From positions 64,001 through 128,000 of the forward strand of contig CAXHZO010000001.1 of the NCBI GenBank assembly GCA_964022095.1: 64,000 nt of DNA, read 5' to 3'. The notes under the pieces were generated by a model. That model ran no database searches, was not told where the DNA came from, and worked only from the letters and a program-made list of their open reading frames with translations. The position numbers and the translations under genes were made by a program. Below are positions 9,541 through 20,280 of the stretch, piece by piece. Source of the DNA: an uncultured Arcobacteraceae bacterium. Lineage in GTDB: Bacteria; Campylobacterota; Campylobacteria; Campylobacterales; Arcobacteraceae. How positions within the stretch are numbered: the stretch's first letter is position 1; the number at the start of each line of letters is the position of its first letter.

Positions 9541-11382
9541 ATGAGAATTATTTATCAACTTATTTTTACTATTTTATTTTCAACTAGTTTGTATGCTACT
9601 CAAATAAAATATAATATTAAAAATAATCAAACTTTAAAAGAGATATCGAATCATAAAACTTGGGAAAGACTTTTATATGTAAAAAACTCAAAAAGTGAAG
9701 TAACAACTAAAGATTTTTTTCTTTCATCTAATCTAAATTTTTCAAAAAAAAATGAACTAATTGCAACTATAAACAATTATGAATTAATTGATAAAAAAGA
9801 TTTTAATAATAGCCCTAGATGTAAGTTTCCAGCTAGATACTTTTGGCTTTCACAGTATATTCAATTTCCAAATTACAAAACTATAGATAAAAGATGTACA
9901 AAACTTTCGAGCTGGAAGGTCTTAAACAATACTACTTCCACTAGTGTAATGCTTGTGAGTGGATATTTAGGAAATCCTGCTTCAACTTTTGGTCATTCAT
10001 TTTTAAAATTAAACTCTAAAAACTCAACAAATGAAAACAATCTTTTCGATTTATCAATAAATTATGGAGCATTAGTTCCCCAAAAAGAACCTATTATTGC
10101 TTATATTTTTAAAGGTATTTTTGGAGGTTATGAAGCAGGTTTTTCTGATAAATACTTTTATACACAAGATTTAGTATATTCAAATAATGAATTTAGAGAT
10201 ATTTGGGATTATAAACTTAATTTATCAAATAAAGAACAAAAGCTACTACTTTTACATTTGTGGGAGATTGTTGGTAAAAAATTTAGATACTTTTTTTTAG
10301 ATAAAAACTGTGGATATAGAGTTTCTCAACTTTTAGAATTAGTTTTAAATAAAGATATTGTAAATAAAGTAAGTGATACATGGTATATACCTGTGGAGAC
10401 ATTTAATTTTTTAGAAGAATCAAATAGATTAAAAGATGTGACTTATGTTCCTTCTATGCAAAAAAAACTATATGAGCAATTTAAAATCTTTTCAAAAAAA
10501 GAGCAAATAAAAATAGATGAAACATTAAAAAAAGGCTTATCTTCTTTAGATAATTTAGAAAAATCATTTTCTCAAAAAAACCAAATAAATATCTTAGATT
10601 TTTTACTTACATATTATAAATATATGATAATAAATGAACCAGAAAATAAATCATTAAAAGATATAAAAAATAAGCTTTTAATAAAAAGATTATCTTTGCC
10701 AATACAAAAAGAGTTGAAAGCTAATATAAAAAAAAGAGCCTCTCCTGCAAAAAATAATAAACCTATAATTTTTTCTACAGGAATTGCTTACAATTCTAAT
10801 ATTCATTTTTACAACAAATTTAATTTTTCAGTTTTTGGTATAGAATCTATTGGCTATAATAATTTAAAATACGATGAATTAGTAGTTTCTGATTTTTCTT
10901 TAGGATATAAAATCAATGACAATAAACTATTTTTAGATAGTTTTGATTTAATTAGAATAAAAAAAATTAAAACCTCACAAGTTGACTTTGATGAAGGGAA
11001 CTTACTGTCATGGAAAATAAAAATTGGAACAAAGATTATAGATCAAAAAAGTAGTAATAAATACAACACTTTTTTCAATGGTTCAATAGGAAAATCATAT
11101 AAAATAAATAACAATATTACAGCTTCATTTATGTTAGATGGCAATGCGCAAACAGAATATCCATATGTAAATACAGTACCAAATATAAATTTTGATTTTG
11201 ATTTTGGAAAACTTAAAAACTCTACACTAGTTGGCTATAAGTTAAATCCATATAACTCATCAAATTCTGAGTTTGTAAAAATACAAACTCAATATAATTT
11301 TAATAAGAATTTTGCAATTTCAAATATAATAGAAAAAGATTTTATGGAAAAATACTCAATTAATTTCAAATGGTTTTTTTAA
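9541..11382 (+). CDS. DUF4105 (Lnb-like) domain protein with probable C-terminal beta-barrel
   Basis: CKFPARYFWL, PASTFGHSFL, EFRDIWDY and YFFLDKNC motifs; ends in FKWFF. Confidence 0.75.
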   Translation: MRIIYQLIFTILFSTSLYATQIKYNIKNNQTLKEISNHKTWERLLYVKNSKSEVTTKDFFLSSNLNFSKKNELIATINNYELIDKKDFNNSPRCKFPARYFWLSQYIQFPNYKTIDKRCTKLSSWKVLNNTTSTSVMLVSGYLGNPASTFGHSFLKLNSKNSTNENNLFDLSINYGALVPQKEPIIAYIFKGIFGGYEAGFSDKYFYTQDLVYSNNEFRDIWDYKLNLSNKEQKLLLLHLWEIVGKKFRYFFLDKNCGYRVSQLLELVLNKDIVNKVSDTWYIPVETFNFLEESNRLKDVTYVPSMQKKLYEQFKIFSKKEQIKIDETLKKGLSSLDNLEKSFSQKNQINILDFLLTYYKYMIINEPENKSLKDIKNKLLIKRLSLPIQKELKANIKKRASPAKNNKPIIFSTGIAYNSNIHFYNKFNFSVFGIESIGYNNLKYDELVVSDFSLGYKINDNKLFLDSFDLIRIKKIKTSQVDFDEGNLLSWKIKIGTKIIDQKSSNKYNTFFNGSIGKSYKINNNITASFMLDGNAQTEYPYVNTVPNINFDFDFGKLKNSTLVGYKLNPYNSSNSEFVKIQTQYNFNKNFAISNIIEKDFMEKYSINFKWFF

Positions 11383-12656
11383 TCATCTTTTTTAATCTCA
11401 CTAAGTGACTTTATAACATCAACTCCATATTTATCTCTTACTTTCTGAAGTTGGTTTGTCAAGGCTCTTTTTTTTAGATTATCTTCATATTCAAAAAGAT
11501 TATAAGTAAATTCGTTTACCTTCGCAAAGTTTGTTACACTAATCATAAGTTGTACTACTCCATGACTTGGGTGATTATCATTTTGTTCAAATAGTTTTGC
11601 CATATGTTTTTTAAAATCAAGTTCATTGAAAATTGTATTTACATTTATATAGTTTTTTGATTTTATTCGTGATTCATATTTGATTTTTATATGATAACTT
11701 AATGGATTAACATTTGCTTTTTTTATTAAAAAACATAAATACCTTGATAAAATCATAACTCTTCTTCTTAGCTCTTCTCTATCATACAAAGGATCAAAAG
11801 TTCGTCCGATTCCAATAGATTTTTTTTCTCTAAAAGTTGTTAACTTATTATCTCTTATTCCACAAATACGGTTGTATAAATCGATACCTGGTTTTTTCCA
11901 TGAATAAAACAGCTCTTGATTCTTTTTAATGTCCCCAAGAGTTTTTATTCCATAACCTTTTAATTTAGTTTGAAAGCCTTTTCCTATACCTGGAAACTCC
12001 TCTATTGGAATATTTCTAATAAAATTTGCAATATTATCACGATTTACAAACTTTACACCATCTGGTTTTGCATATTCTGTTATTAATTTAGATAGAAACT
12101 TTGTATTTGCAATACCAATTGAAACAGGTAGATTTAGCTCTTTTTGTATTTTTCTTTTTAAATTATACGCAAACTCAACTATCTCATCTTCTTCTATATA
12201 TCCAGTAACATCTCCAAAAAATTCATCAATAGAGAATTGCTCAACTAATGGTATTTCTTTTATAAGTAACTGCTTTAGTTTATTTGATAAATCATGATAT
12301 AAAGGATAATTAGGAGGAAGCATTTTTAATTGTGGGCAGAGTTTTAGTGCTTCATTTACACTCATTGCAGTCTTAACTCCAAAAGCCCTTGCTTCATAAG
12401 ATGAAGTAGTTATTATTCCTCTGATTTTGCCATTTTCATCTACAAAATAGTCTTTAAAAGTTTTCATACCTTCATTTGTCAAAATATTACTAACAAAAGC
12501 ACCACTATTTGCAGAAATTTTTCTAACCTCTTTTTTTGATGAAAATATATTAAGATTGCTTCGTCCTCCAACCGCAACTGGAATATGAAATAAACTCTCA
12601 TCAAGTGTTCTATGAGCTGATACAAAAAAACAATCTAAATCTAGGTGAATAAACAT
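11379..12656 (-). CDS. dinB: DNA polymerase IV (Y-family)
   Basis: HLDLDCFF, SYEARAFGV, SIDEFF, KPDG and PGIG motifs. Confidence 0.92.
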   Translation of the reverse strand: MFIHLDLDCFFVSAHRTLDESLFHIPVAVGGRSNLNIFSSKKEVRKISANSGAFVSNILTNEGMKTFKDYFVDENGKIRGIITTSSYEARAFGVKTAMSVNEALKLCPQLKMLPPNYPLYHDLSNKLKQLLIKEIPLVEQFSIDEFFGDVTGYIEEDEIVEFAYNLKRKIQKELNLPVSIGIANTKFLSKLITEYAKPDGVKFVNRDNIANFIRNIPIEEFPGIGKGFQTKLKGYGIKTLGDIKKNQELFYSWKKPGIDLYNRICGIRDNKLTTFREKKSIGIGRTFDPLYDREELRRRVMILSRYLCFLIKKANVNPLSYHIKIKYESRIKSKNYINVNTIFNELDFKKHMAKLFEQNDNHPSHGVVQLMISVTNFAKVNEFTYNLFEYEDNLKKRALTNQLQKVRDKYGVDVIKSLSEIKKDD

Positions 12657-12733
12657 AATACAAGTGTACAATAGATTCTATTTTTTATTTAATTTTATTA
12701 CAATTTGAAATAAAATTTGATTTAAATTTTTTT

Positions 12734-12928
12734 GTGATAGAATTAGGAAAAATCAAAGGATTTAAAATAGCTACTTGTAAAAATTGCAAAAGAGAGATTG
12801 CCCCTAAAAAAAGACAATGTCCCTATTGTGGAATACTAAACCCTACTGTTACTTTAAAAGATGTATTTATAAGTATGGCTATAGTAATTGTAATTATGGC
12901 TATTGTTACAGTTATTGTAAATATATAA
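12734..12928 (+). CDS. Small zinc-ribbon membrane protein
   Basis: CKNC...CPYCG followed by a C-terminal TM helix; start codon uncertain. Confidence 0.65.
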   Translation: MIELGKIKGFKIATCKNCKREIAPKKRQCPYCGILNPTVTLKDVFISMAIVIVIMAIVTVIVNI

Positions 12929-12941
12929 GTAAAAACTCAAC

Positions 12942-14075
12942 CTAATTAATCAATGGAAGAGTAATAATAAACTTAGCCCCCTTGTAAGAATGTTTATCAT
13001 ATTTAAAAATTTCATTCTCTACTTTTATAGTCCCTTTTAAATTTTTAGTAATAATTGTATGTGTAATATACAATCCTAATCCTGTCCCATCTTTACCTTT
13101 TTTTGTAGTAAAATACGGTTCAAAAACTTTTGGTAATATATTTTCAGGTATTCCTCCAGCATTATCTTTTATAGTTATTACTATATTATTATTCTCATTT
13201 TCTTTAACTGTAAATATAAATACAAGTTTTTTATGTAAATTTGAAGCTTCTCTTAATGCATCCTTTGCATTATTTAATATATTTATAATAGCTTGTAAAA
13301 GTTGATTTGGATTACCATAAGAGTTAATTTTTTGATCTATTTCTTTAATAGTTTCTATTAAATTATTATCAAAAGAAGCACTAACTAAATCTATACATTT
13401 ATTTAAATAGTCATGTAAATTAAATATTTCAAGTTGATTTGAAGAAGTAAAAAAATCTTTGAAATCTTCTATTGTATATGAAAGGAGTTGGCTATTACTA
13501 TTTATAATATCACAGTCTTTGTAAAACTTATTATCCGATAAATTATCATTTTCTTTTAATATTTTCATTCCTGTTGCCGTAGTTGATATAACAGAAAGAG
13601 GTTTTTTCCACTGATATGCTATATTTGTCAACATTTCACCCATAGAAGCTAACTTTGATGACTCTAAAAGCATTTGCTCTTTTTCAAATAATTCTTTCTT
13701 TAATTCTAAGTTATCAATAATACTTAATATTTTCTTTTCTAAAAATTCCAAACTAATCGGCTTTAAGATATAACCCTCAACTTGTAACTCTATTGCCTCT
13801 TGAAAATAATTAACATCACTAAATGCTGTCGTAAATATTATAGGAACATCAGGATTCATTTCTTTTATTTTTTTAGACATTTCTATGCCATCCATTACAG
13901 GCATTTGAATATCTGTAATAATTATATCAGGATTATAAGCTCCATAATATTTTAAGCCTTGCATACCATCATCAACAGTATAAAGTGTTTCACAAAACAA
14001 TTCTAAAACTTCTGATAATTCTTCTTGAATAACTTTCTCATCTTCCACATATAAGATGGATCTAACTTTTTTCAT
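12942..14075 (-). CDS. Receiver-histidine kinase-like hybrid with His-to-Tyr H-box
   Basis: REC domain (YVEDE, DIQMP, KP); IAYQWKKP H-box; intact N, G1 (DNAGGI), F and G2 (GTGLGL) boxes. Confidence 0.85.
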   Translation of the reverse strand: MKKVRSILYVEDEKVIQEELSEVLELFCETLYTVDDGMQGLKYYGAYNPDIIITDIQMPVMDGIEMSKKIKEMNPDVPIIFTTAFSDVNYFQEAIELQVEGYILKPISLEFLEKKILSIIDNLELKKELFEKEQMLLESSKLASMGEMLTNIAYQWKKPLSVISTTATGMKILKENDNLSDNKFYKDCDIINSNSQLLSYTIEDFKDFFTSSNQLEIFNLHDYLNKCIDLVSASFDNNLIETIKEIDQKINSYGNPNQLLQAIINILNNAKDALREASNLHKKLVFIFTVKENENNNIVITIKDNAGGIPENILPKVFEPYFTTKKGKDGTGLGLYITHTIITKNLKGTIKVENEIFKYDKHSYKGAKFIITLPLIN

Positions 14076-14086
14076 TTTTTCACCTT

Positions 14087-15724
14087 TCATAGATTAGCTA
14101 TAACTTTATTTTTTCCTTGAGATTTCGCTTTATACAATAATTCATCTACTTCATTATAAAGTTTACTTGTATTATTAATACCTATTGCTTTTTTACAAAC
14201 AAGCCCTGCAGATATTGTTAAATAAGATCCTATGGGACTATTTAGATGATCTATTTTCAAATTTTCAATAGACTTAACTAATATTTTAGCAAATTCATAA
14301 CTTTTATCAGCAGAAATAGTTTTAAATAAAATACCAAACTCTTCTCCTCCCAGTCTAAAAATATAATCATCATCTCTATTAAGTTTATTGTTTATTGTTT
14401 TGGCTACTAATTGTAATGCTTCATCACCTTTTTGATGTCCATAGGTATCATTGTATTGCTTAAAATAATCAATATCAAATATCAAAAAACATACTAATTT
14501 TTTATCTCTTTTTGCACCATTTATATATTTTTCAAAAGTTTGATTAAAAAAATGTCTATTATTAACTTGTGTGAGAGAATCTATTGTTGCTAATTCTTCT
14601 GCAATTTTGAGACTTGTGATATTTTTGTGTATTGAACTATATCCTATCTTTTCAGAATTTTCATTGTAATTTGGATATATTTTTAGATAAACCCAATAGT
14701 CTTTACCATTTTTATCTGTATTTTTTATTTCACCTGTCCAAATTTTATTTTCTTTAATTGTTTTCCACAAATCTTTATATACATTTTCATCTATAGAAGA
14801 ATTCCTTATTAGATTATGTCTATTCCCAATAAGATCTTCTTTTTTATATCCTGATATATTACAAAAAGCACTTGATACATAAGTTATTACTCCTGTTAAA
14901 TCAGTACTTGAAGTTATTATATTTTCATCTATTATTTGTATATATTCATCTATTTTCTTTTGGGAATATATTTCTTTTGTAATATCTTTTGTTGATATTA
15001 AGATTCTTTTGTTGTCAGGCATTAAAGTTATAGAAATATCTAAGAATATTTTTTTACCATTTTTATTAATAAATTTTTGCTGAAAATACTCTACATTATA
15101 AGTTTCAATTACTGAGGAGATAATGTTTTTAAATTTATTTTTATCTTCACTTGTAATCAAATCAATAATTTTTAAACTTTTTAGCTCTTTTAATTCAAAT
15201 CCAATAATATTTTCAAAAGCATTATTTGCATATAGAAAATGTGTTGTAAAATCCAAAACTGCAACACCATCTAGTGTTGTTGCTAAAATAGTCTCCAGTT
15301 CTTCTTTTTGTTTAAGTTTATAATGTATTGCTTTCTCTAGCTGATTACTTAAAAGTTCCTTTTTAATAGTTTTTATTAATATTGATTCTAATTTTTCTAA
15401 ATCTATAGGTTTAACAATATATCCGTCTGCCTGAATCTCTATGGCTTCTTGTAAATATTCTAATTCTGTAAAAGCTGTGAGAAAAACTATATGAATATCC
15501 TTATTTAATTCTAATATGCTTTTTGCAAGTTCAATGCCATTCATTCGTGGCATTCTGATATCTGTAACAACTATTTTTGGTTGATTTGTTTTATATAACT
15601 CTAAAGCTTCAACTCCGTCATCTGCAATATATAATTTGTCACAAAAATCTTCTAAAAATTCTTTAAGCTCAATTTGAATACTCTTTTCATCCTCAACATA
15701 TAAGATTGAATCAATTTTTTCCAT
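14087..15724 (-). CDS. REC-PAS-PAS-GGDEF diguanylate cyclase
   Basis: DIRMP receiver, two PAS domains, RDDD I-site, GGEEF. Confidence 0.9.
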   Translation of the reverse strand: MEKIDSILYVEDEKSIQIELKEFLEDFCDKLYIADDGVEALELYKTNQPKIVVTDIRMPRMNGIELAKSILELNKDIHIVFLTAFTELEYLQEAIEIQADGYIVKPIDLEKLESILIKTIKKELLSNQLEKAIHYKLKQKEELETILATTLDGVAVLDFTTHFLYANNAFENIIGFELKELKSLKIIDLITSEDKNKFKNIISSVIETYNVEYFQQKFINKNGKKIFLDISITLMPDNKRILISTKDITKEIYSQKKIDEYIQIIDENIITSSTDLTGVITYVSSAFCNISGYKKEDLIGNRHNLIRNSSIDENVYKDLWKTIKENKIWTGEIKNTDKNGKDYWVYLKIYPNYNENSEKIGYSSIHKNITSLKIAEELATIDSLTQVNNRHFFNQTFEKYINGAKRDKKLVCFLIFDIDYFKQYNDTYGHQKGDEALQLVAKTINNKLNRDDDYIFRLGGEEFGILFKTISADKSYEFAKILVKSIENLKIDHLNSPIGSYLTISAGLVCKKAIGINNTSKLYNEVDELLYKAKSQGKNKVIANL

Positions 15725-15726
15725 TT

Positions 15727-17586
15727 TTACTTAACCTTTAAATCAATAATGAATAAAGCGCCATCAATTTCATTTTTAATACTTAATTTACCACCCATAT
15801 TATCCTCTATAATAGTTTTTGACATATAAAGTCCCATACCTGTACCTTCACCTTGTTGTTTTGTTGTAAAATATGGCTCAAATACTCTATCAATTACATT
15901 AGTAGGGATACCTCCACCGTTGTCTCTTAATTTTATTATATTCTCTTTAATATCTATTTGAATTTTTGGATTTTGTATATTATTTTCTACTATTGCATCT
16001 TTTGAATTACTTATTATGTTTATAATCACTTGTTGAAACTCTGTTTTAAAACCTTTATATAAGAAATTCTCACCATTTAGTTCTAAATTTATATTATGAT
16101 TTTTTAATTGTGCATATTGAATATTTAAAACCTCTTCTATTGCATCTTTTATATAAAACTCTTTTTTATTTTTATCTATTCTAAAAAAGTTTCTAAAGTC
16201 ATCTATTGTTTTACTCATAAAATCTATTGTTTTTTTATTTTTATAAATAAAATCTTTGATAAACTCTTCATCTATTTTTTCTTTTGCGTAGTCATATTTT
16301 AATTTTTGTATTCTTATACTCAATTCATTTAATGGTTGTCTCCACTGATGAGCAATTGCTCCTATCATCTCTCCCATTGAGGCTAATTTGCTTTGTTGAA
16401 TAAGTGCTTTTTCTTTTTCTCTTCTTAGACTTACTTCAATTTTAACTTTTTTTTCTAAGTTTTTTTTATAATCTTCTGTTTGAAGCAATAACTCATTTGT
16501 TTTATTATTTAAAACTTTAAACTCTAAAGCTGCTTTTATTAATTTACCAATAATATCATCTTGTTTATACTCTGGTATATTAACCTCTTTTTTGCCTTTT
16601 AAAATATCCTCAAACATTAAAGTTAGATTCTCAATTGGTCTTAATAAAACTCTTATTAGTATGAAAAAACCTATAAAAACTAAAATAGTATATATAGTAC
16701 TCATATAAAGATTAGAGTTTTTATTTATATTAAGTAGATGGTCTATCTCTTTTTTTATCTCAGCAATCTCTTTAAAACTTATTTGCTTAATACTTTTAGC
16801 ATAATAATCGATTTCATAAATATTTCCTGGCATAATAACTTTAGTAATCATAGAATAAGTTCTATAATGAGAAATGGTTTTATTAGACAATCTAATAAGT
16901 TCAGAAACTTTTTTTTCTAAAACTTTTTTTGTGTTATCATCTAAGTCTTGATTATCTTTAAATAACTCTTTAAAAAAAAGTTTTATATTTAATTGTTCTT
17001 TCTTTAATTTAATAATAAAACTTCCATCATCTGTCTCAAAATATCTAAATACAGATTTTTCAATCTCTAAAATGGACTTTTTAAATAAAACTAAATCAAA
17101 TAAAGACTTTTTAGTTGTTATATTTATTCCTATGTCATCAACTATATTTTCTAAATTTTGTGCTTCGTATCTAACTTTTTTACGAAATTGAAAATTAAGA
17201 GGTATTTGTTTTTCTGCAGTTTTAAAATCTTCTCTAAACCTATCTATATTTTGAATAATCTTTGTAAAAGAGTAATATAATTTTTTATCATCAATAAAAT
17301 TTATATTTTTTTCTTTATCTTTAAAGCTATCCAATATTTGATTGATATATATTAATAATTCATTATTTCCAAAATGTATAAACTCATATACATTTTTATG
17401 TAGTTTTTCAGTTTGAGATACTATTAGCAATAAATTTTGTAAAGAATCATTTTTTTGATTTAATTTTTTTATATTATTAGAGATATTCTTAATATTTGAT
17501 TGATGTACAATAGATGATACTATAAAAAATACTACAAGAAAAAAAGATAAAATATATAGTTTATGGTGAAATTTTATATTATTCAT
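15727..17586 (-). CDS. Membrane sensor histidine kinase (periplasmic domain, HAMP)
   Basis: Two TMs; IAHQWRQPLN, DNGGGI and GTGMGL motifs. Confidence 0.92.
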   Translation of the reverse strand: MNNIKFHHKLYILSFFLVVFFIVSSIVHQSNIKNISNNIKKLNQKNDSLQNLLLIVSQTEKLHKNVYEFIHFGNNELLIYINQILDSFKDKEKNINFIDDKKLYYSFTKIIQNIDRFREDFKTAEKQIPLNFQFRKKVRYEAQNLENIVDDIGINITTKKSLFDLVLFKKSILEIEKSVFRYFETDDGSFIIKLKKEQLNIKLFFKELFKDNQDLDDNTKKVLEKKVSELIRLSNKTISHYRTYSMITKVIMPGNIYEIDYYAKSIKQISFKEIAEIKKEIDHLLNINKNSNLYMSTIYTILVFIGFFILIRVLLRPIENLTLMFEDILKGKKEVNIPEYKQDDIIGKLIKAALEFKVLNNKTNELLLQTEDYKKNLEKKVKIEVSLRREKEKALIQQSKLASMGEMIGAIAHQWRQPLNELSIRIQKLKYDYAKEKIDEEFIKDFIYKNKKTIDFMSKTIDDFRNFFRIDKNKKEFYIKDAIEEVLNIQYAQLKNHNINLELNGENFLYKGFKTEFQQVIINIISNSKDAIVENNIQNPKIQIDIKENIIKLRDNGGGIPTNVIDRVFEPYFTTKQQGEGTGMGLYMSKTIIEDNMGGKLSIKNEIDGALFIIDLKVK

Positions 17587-17587
17587 T

Positions 17588-18847
17588 TTATACTCTTTTA
17601 CTTATAAGGTTATACCATTTATTTAAACTATAATCAAAATTTGGCATCACAGAATTCCATACTGCAATATTCTCAAATCTATTGATATATGAACCGCCTG
17701 TTCTTTTTGTACCTTTTTTTACAGATATTTTTCCATCTATTCCATATAAATCTTTTTTTGCAATTTTCCCTTTATACCAATAATCCCATTCCTCCTCTTC
17801 CATAAATGCTTTTGAACGATTAGGATTTGATATATAATACCCTTGTTTTGCAATAAATGCTCCAGCCCAACCTGATAACCACCAATTCATATACTCATAA
17901 GCGGCATCTTTTTTTTCACCTTTTGAAGCACTTGACAAACTCATAACCCCATACCATGCACGGTAACCCTCTTTAGGTGCTGCATAAATACAAGGTATCC
18001 CCATACCATTTAAACTACTAGCAGCAGGGGAAAACATACTCTCTATAAATACTTCATTGTTTTTCATCAACTCAACACTATGGGGAACTGAATTCCAAAA
18101 ACCTCTAAAATGACCTTTTTGTTTATATTCAGTTAATATGTCAAATAGCTCATCAAGTTCAACTCTCGAAAGATTTCCTATATCTTTAAACCTTACTAGC
18201 TTTTTTGATTGTGCAGCTAATGCTAAATCAAAAAGTCCAATAGTTGGTTCATTTACAATTGCAACTTTTCCTTTATATTTTTCATCCAATAACCAACTCC
18301 AACTCTCCGTTTCATATGGTATTCCTTGAGCGATTATATTTGAGTTATAACCAAAAGAATCAACATTGTGAACATAAGGCATAAATGAGATGTGGTTTGT
18401 AGGGTTTGAACCTAATGTATTATTTTCTTGTATATATAAAATCTTATTGGGAACATCTCCTGCTCCTTTTTTTGCATTTGGACTAATTTTTCCTGTTTTT
18501 GGTAAGGAGTTAATCTCATCCCAATACTTTAACTTATCTATTTGTATGGGTTGAATTGCCCCTGAATCCCATAACAATCTTGTACTATTTGACCATTGTT
18601 CATATATATCAAAAGAGTTAGGGTTTGAGATTGCCCTTGTTAAAACCTCTGCACTTCCACCAGGATAAAATTCTATATTTATCTTTAGCTCTTCCATAGC
18701 TTTTTGCCTAATTATCTCTTGTAAGGTAACATGAGTTCCTAGTACTTTTATAGTTGGGTATTTGTTTTTTGCTGTTAAAATAGCAGGAAAGCCTATACTA
18801 GAAACAATTGCAGCAGAACTTTTTTTTATAAACTCTCTTCTATGCAT
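17588..18847 (-). CDS. Tat-exported solute-binding protein, PotD/PotF-like
   Basis: MHRREFIKK Tat motif; SWSWLLDEKYKGKVA, PKEGYRAW and AYEYMNWWL motifs. Confidence 0.8.
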   Translation of the reverse strand: MHRREFIKKSSAAIVSSIGFPAILTAKNKYPTIKVLGTHVTLQEIIRQKAMEELKINIEFYPGGSAEVLTRAISNPNSFDIYEQWSNSTRLLWDSGAIQPIQIDKLKYWDEINSLPKTGKISPNAKKGAGDVPNKILYIQENNTLGSNPTNHISFMPYVHNVDSFGYNSNIIAQGIPYETESWSWLLDEKYKGKVAIVNEPTIGLFDLALAAQSKKLVRFKDIGNLSRVELDELFDILTEYKQKGHFRGFWNSVPHSVELMKNNEVFIESMFSPAASSLNGMGIPCIYAAPKEGYRAWYGVMSLSSASKGEKKDAAYEYMNWWLSGWAGAFIAKQGYYISNPNRSKAFMEEEEWDYWYKGKIAKKDLYGIDGKISVKKGTKRTGGSYINRFENIAVWNSVMPNFDYSLNKWYNLISKRV

Positions 18848-19169
18848 AACTAACCTTTAAGTAAATAATCTATTTTATTCTCTCTTATTTTTTATATATT
18901 TTTCCTTAGGTTTATCTTTATTTATATACTTTATATATTATTTTTTACATAAGCATCTTCTAAATAGTAATATTATTTATTATTATTTCTAAAGTTTATG
19001 TTTTAGATTCATTATTTAAATTATCATTTATGGTTTGAATACTTTCAATAGGGATAGAGTTTATTTGAAAATAATATTTATATAAAAGTTTGATTTATAA
19101 TCTCTATATTTTCACTGTTATCTTTTATTACATCCGTTATAGATAAGATCATACATCATTTTATACCTT

Positions 19170-19712
19170 TTAACGTCTTATAACCCCAAAAATAAAGCCA
19201 ACTGCTAAACCTATAAAGTGTGCATACCAAGCAATTGGAAGACCTATTAAAAGTGGTGCCACAGAAATTAATAGTACCCAAGTAATAATACCACTTCTTT
19301 GAGCTTTGTCATGATATGCAACATATCCTAATAATGCACAAATGGCACCAGAAGCACCCACTAAATTAACCTGATGATCTAAATAATAAATATATCCATA
19401 TGATAAAATTGAAGTTGTAATTCCACATATAAAATAAAGTGCAATTATCTCTTTTATTCCTTTTGATCTTTCAATTAAATTTCCAAACTGCCAAAGTACA
19501 AACATATTCATACCCAAATGAGCAATTCCTCCATGGGCAAACATCGTAGTTAAAGGTTGCCACCAAAAATCATATACACTAAAATATAAATTTAGCCCTA
19601 AAAATAATGAGCCTTGAGTTATATTTATTTGTATAATATACATTAAAACTGTAATACCTATTAGTATGTTTGTAGCAGTTAAGTTATTTGTTGTTCTGAA
19701 GTTTTTTAGCAT
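19170..19712 (-). CDS. Rhomboid intramembrane serine protease
   Basis: HLGMNM, GASG and AHFIG motifs. Confidence 0.92.
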   Translation of the reverse strand: MLKNFRTTNNLTATNILIGITVLMYIIQINITQGSLFLGLNLYFSVYDFWWQPLTTMFAHGGIAHLGMNMFVLWQFGNLIERSKGIKEIIALYFICGITTSILSYGYIYYLDHQVNLVGASGAICALLGYVAYHDKAQRSGIITWVLLISVAPLLIGLPIAWYAHFIGLAVGFIFGVIRR

Positions 19713-20280
19713 TATTTTTATATACCTTTATTGTACAATCTATTCTAGATTCTATCTCTTTTTTATTAAAAATCAAAAAATCTGTGTAGTACCTAAATAT
19801 CTCAATATTTCCTGCTCTAAATGAGGTTTGAATAGAACCACTACAAAGTTTACAATCTTTTGATTTCTTTTTTGGATCTTTTTTATCATTTTCAATTAAT
19901 TCATAATTAATAGTCAAAAATTTATTTATATCATCTTTTGGAGCTTTTGAAATAGCTTTGATATAGTAAGTATCAACTTCTTTTAGTGAAATAAAATCTT
20001 CGATAATAGAATCAGAATATTGAGCTTTTATATATCCACCATCAATTTTATAGTAGCCTTTTTCTAAAGCTTTCATAGAATCATTTAGTAGTTTTTGATT
20101 AAATACTTTAAGTGTAGTAAAACTCTCTTTTTGACATTCAAGAGGTTTTACCACTTCTTTTGTAGGCTCTTTATCTCCAAAATATTTAGTATAAAGAGTT
20201 ATTGTTACTGAGATAATTATAATTGAAGCTAGAGTAAAAAAGTTATTTACTATTAAACTCTGCCTCATAGATGTAGCCAT
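19684..20280 (-). CDS. Hypothetical membrane-anchored protein
   Basis: 198 aa with an N-terminal TM; translationally coupled to lon. Confidence 0.75.
   Translation of the reverse strand: MATSMRQSLIVNNFFTLASIIIISVTITLYTKYFGDKEPTKEVVKPLECQKESFTTLKVFNQKLLNDSMKALEKGYYKIDGGYIKAQYSDSIIEDFISLKEVDTYYIKAISKAPKDDINKFLTINYELIENDKKDPKKKSKDCKLCSGSIQTSFRAGNIEIFRYYTDFLIFNKKEIESRIDCTIKVYKNNAKKLQNNK

Noticed and set aside
12430-12570. Extra segment in the DinB N-terminus
   Set aside because: In frame with catalytic motifs intact; no intein features; likely a lineage-specific loop.
18848-19169. Long AT-rich spacer as possible sRNA or ORF
   Set aside because: No convincing ORF, hairpin or repeat found.
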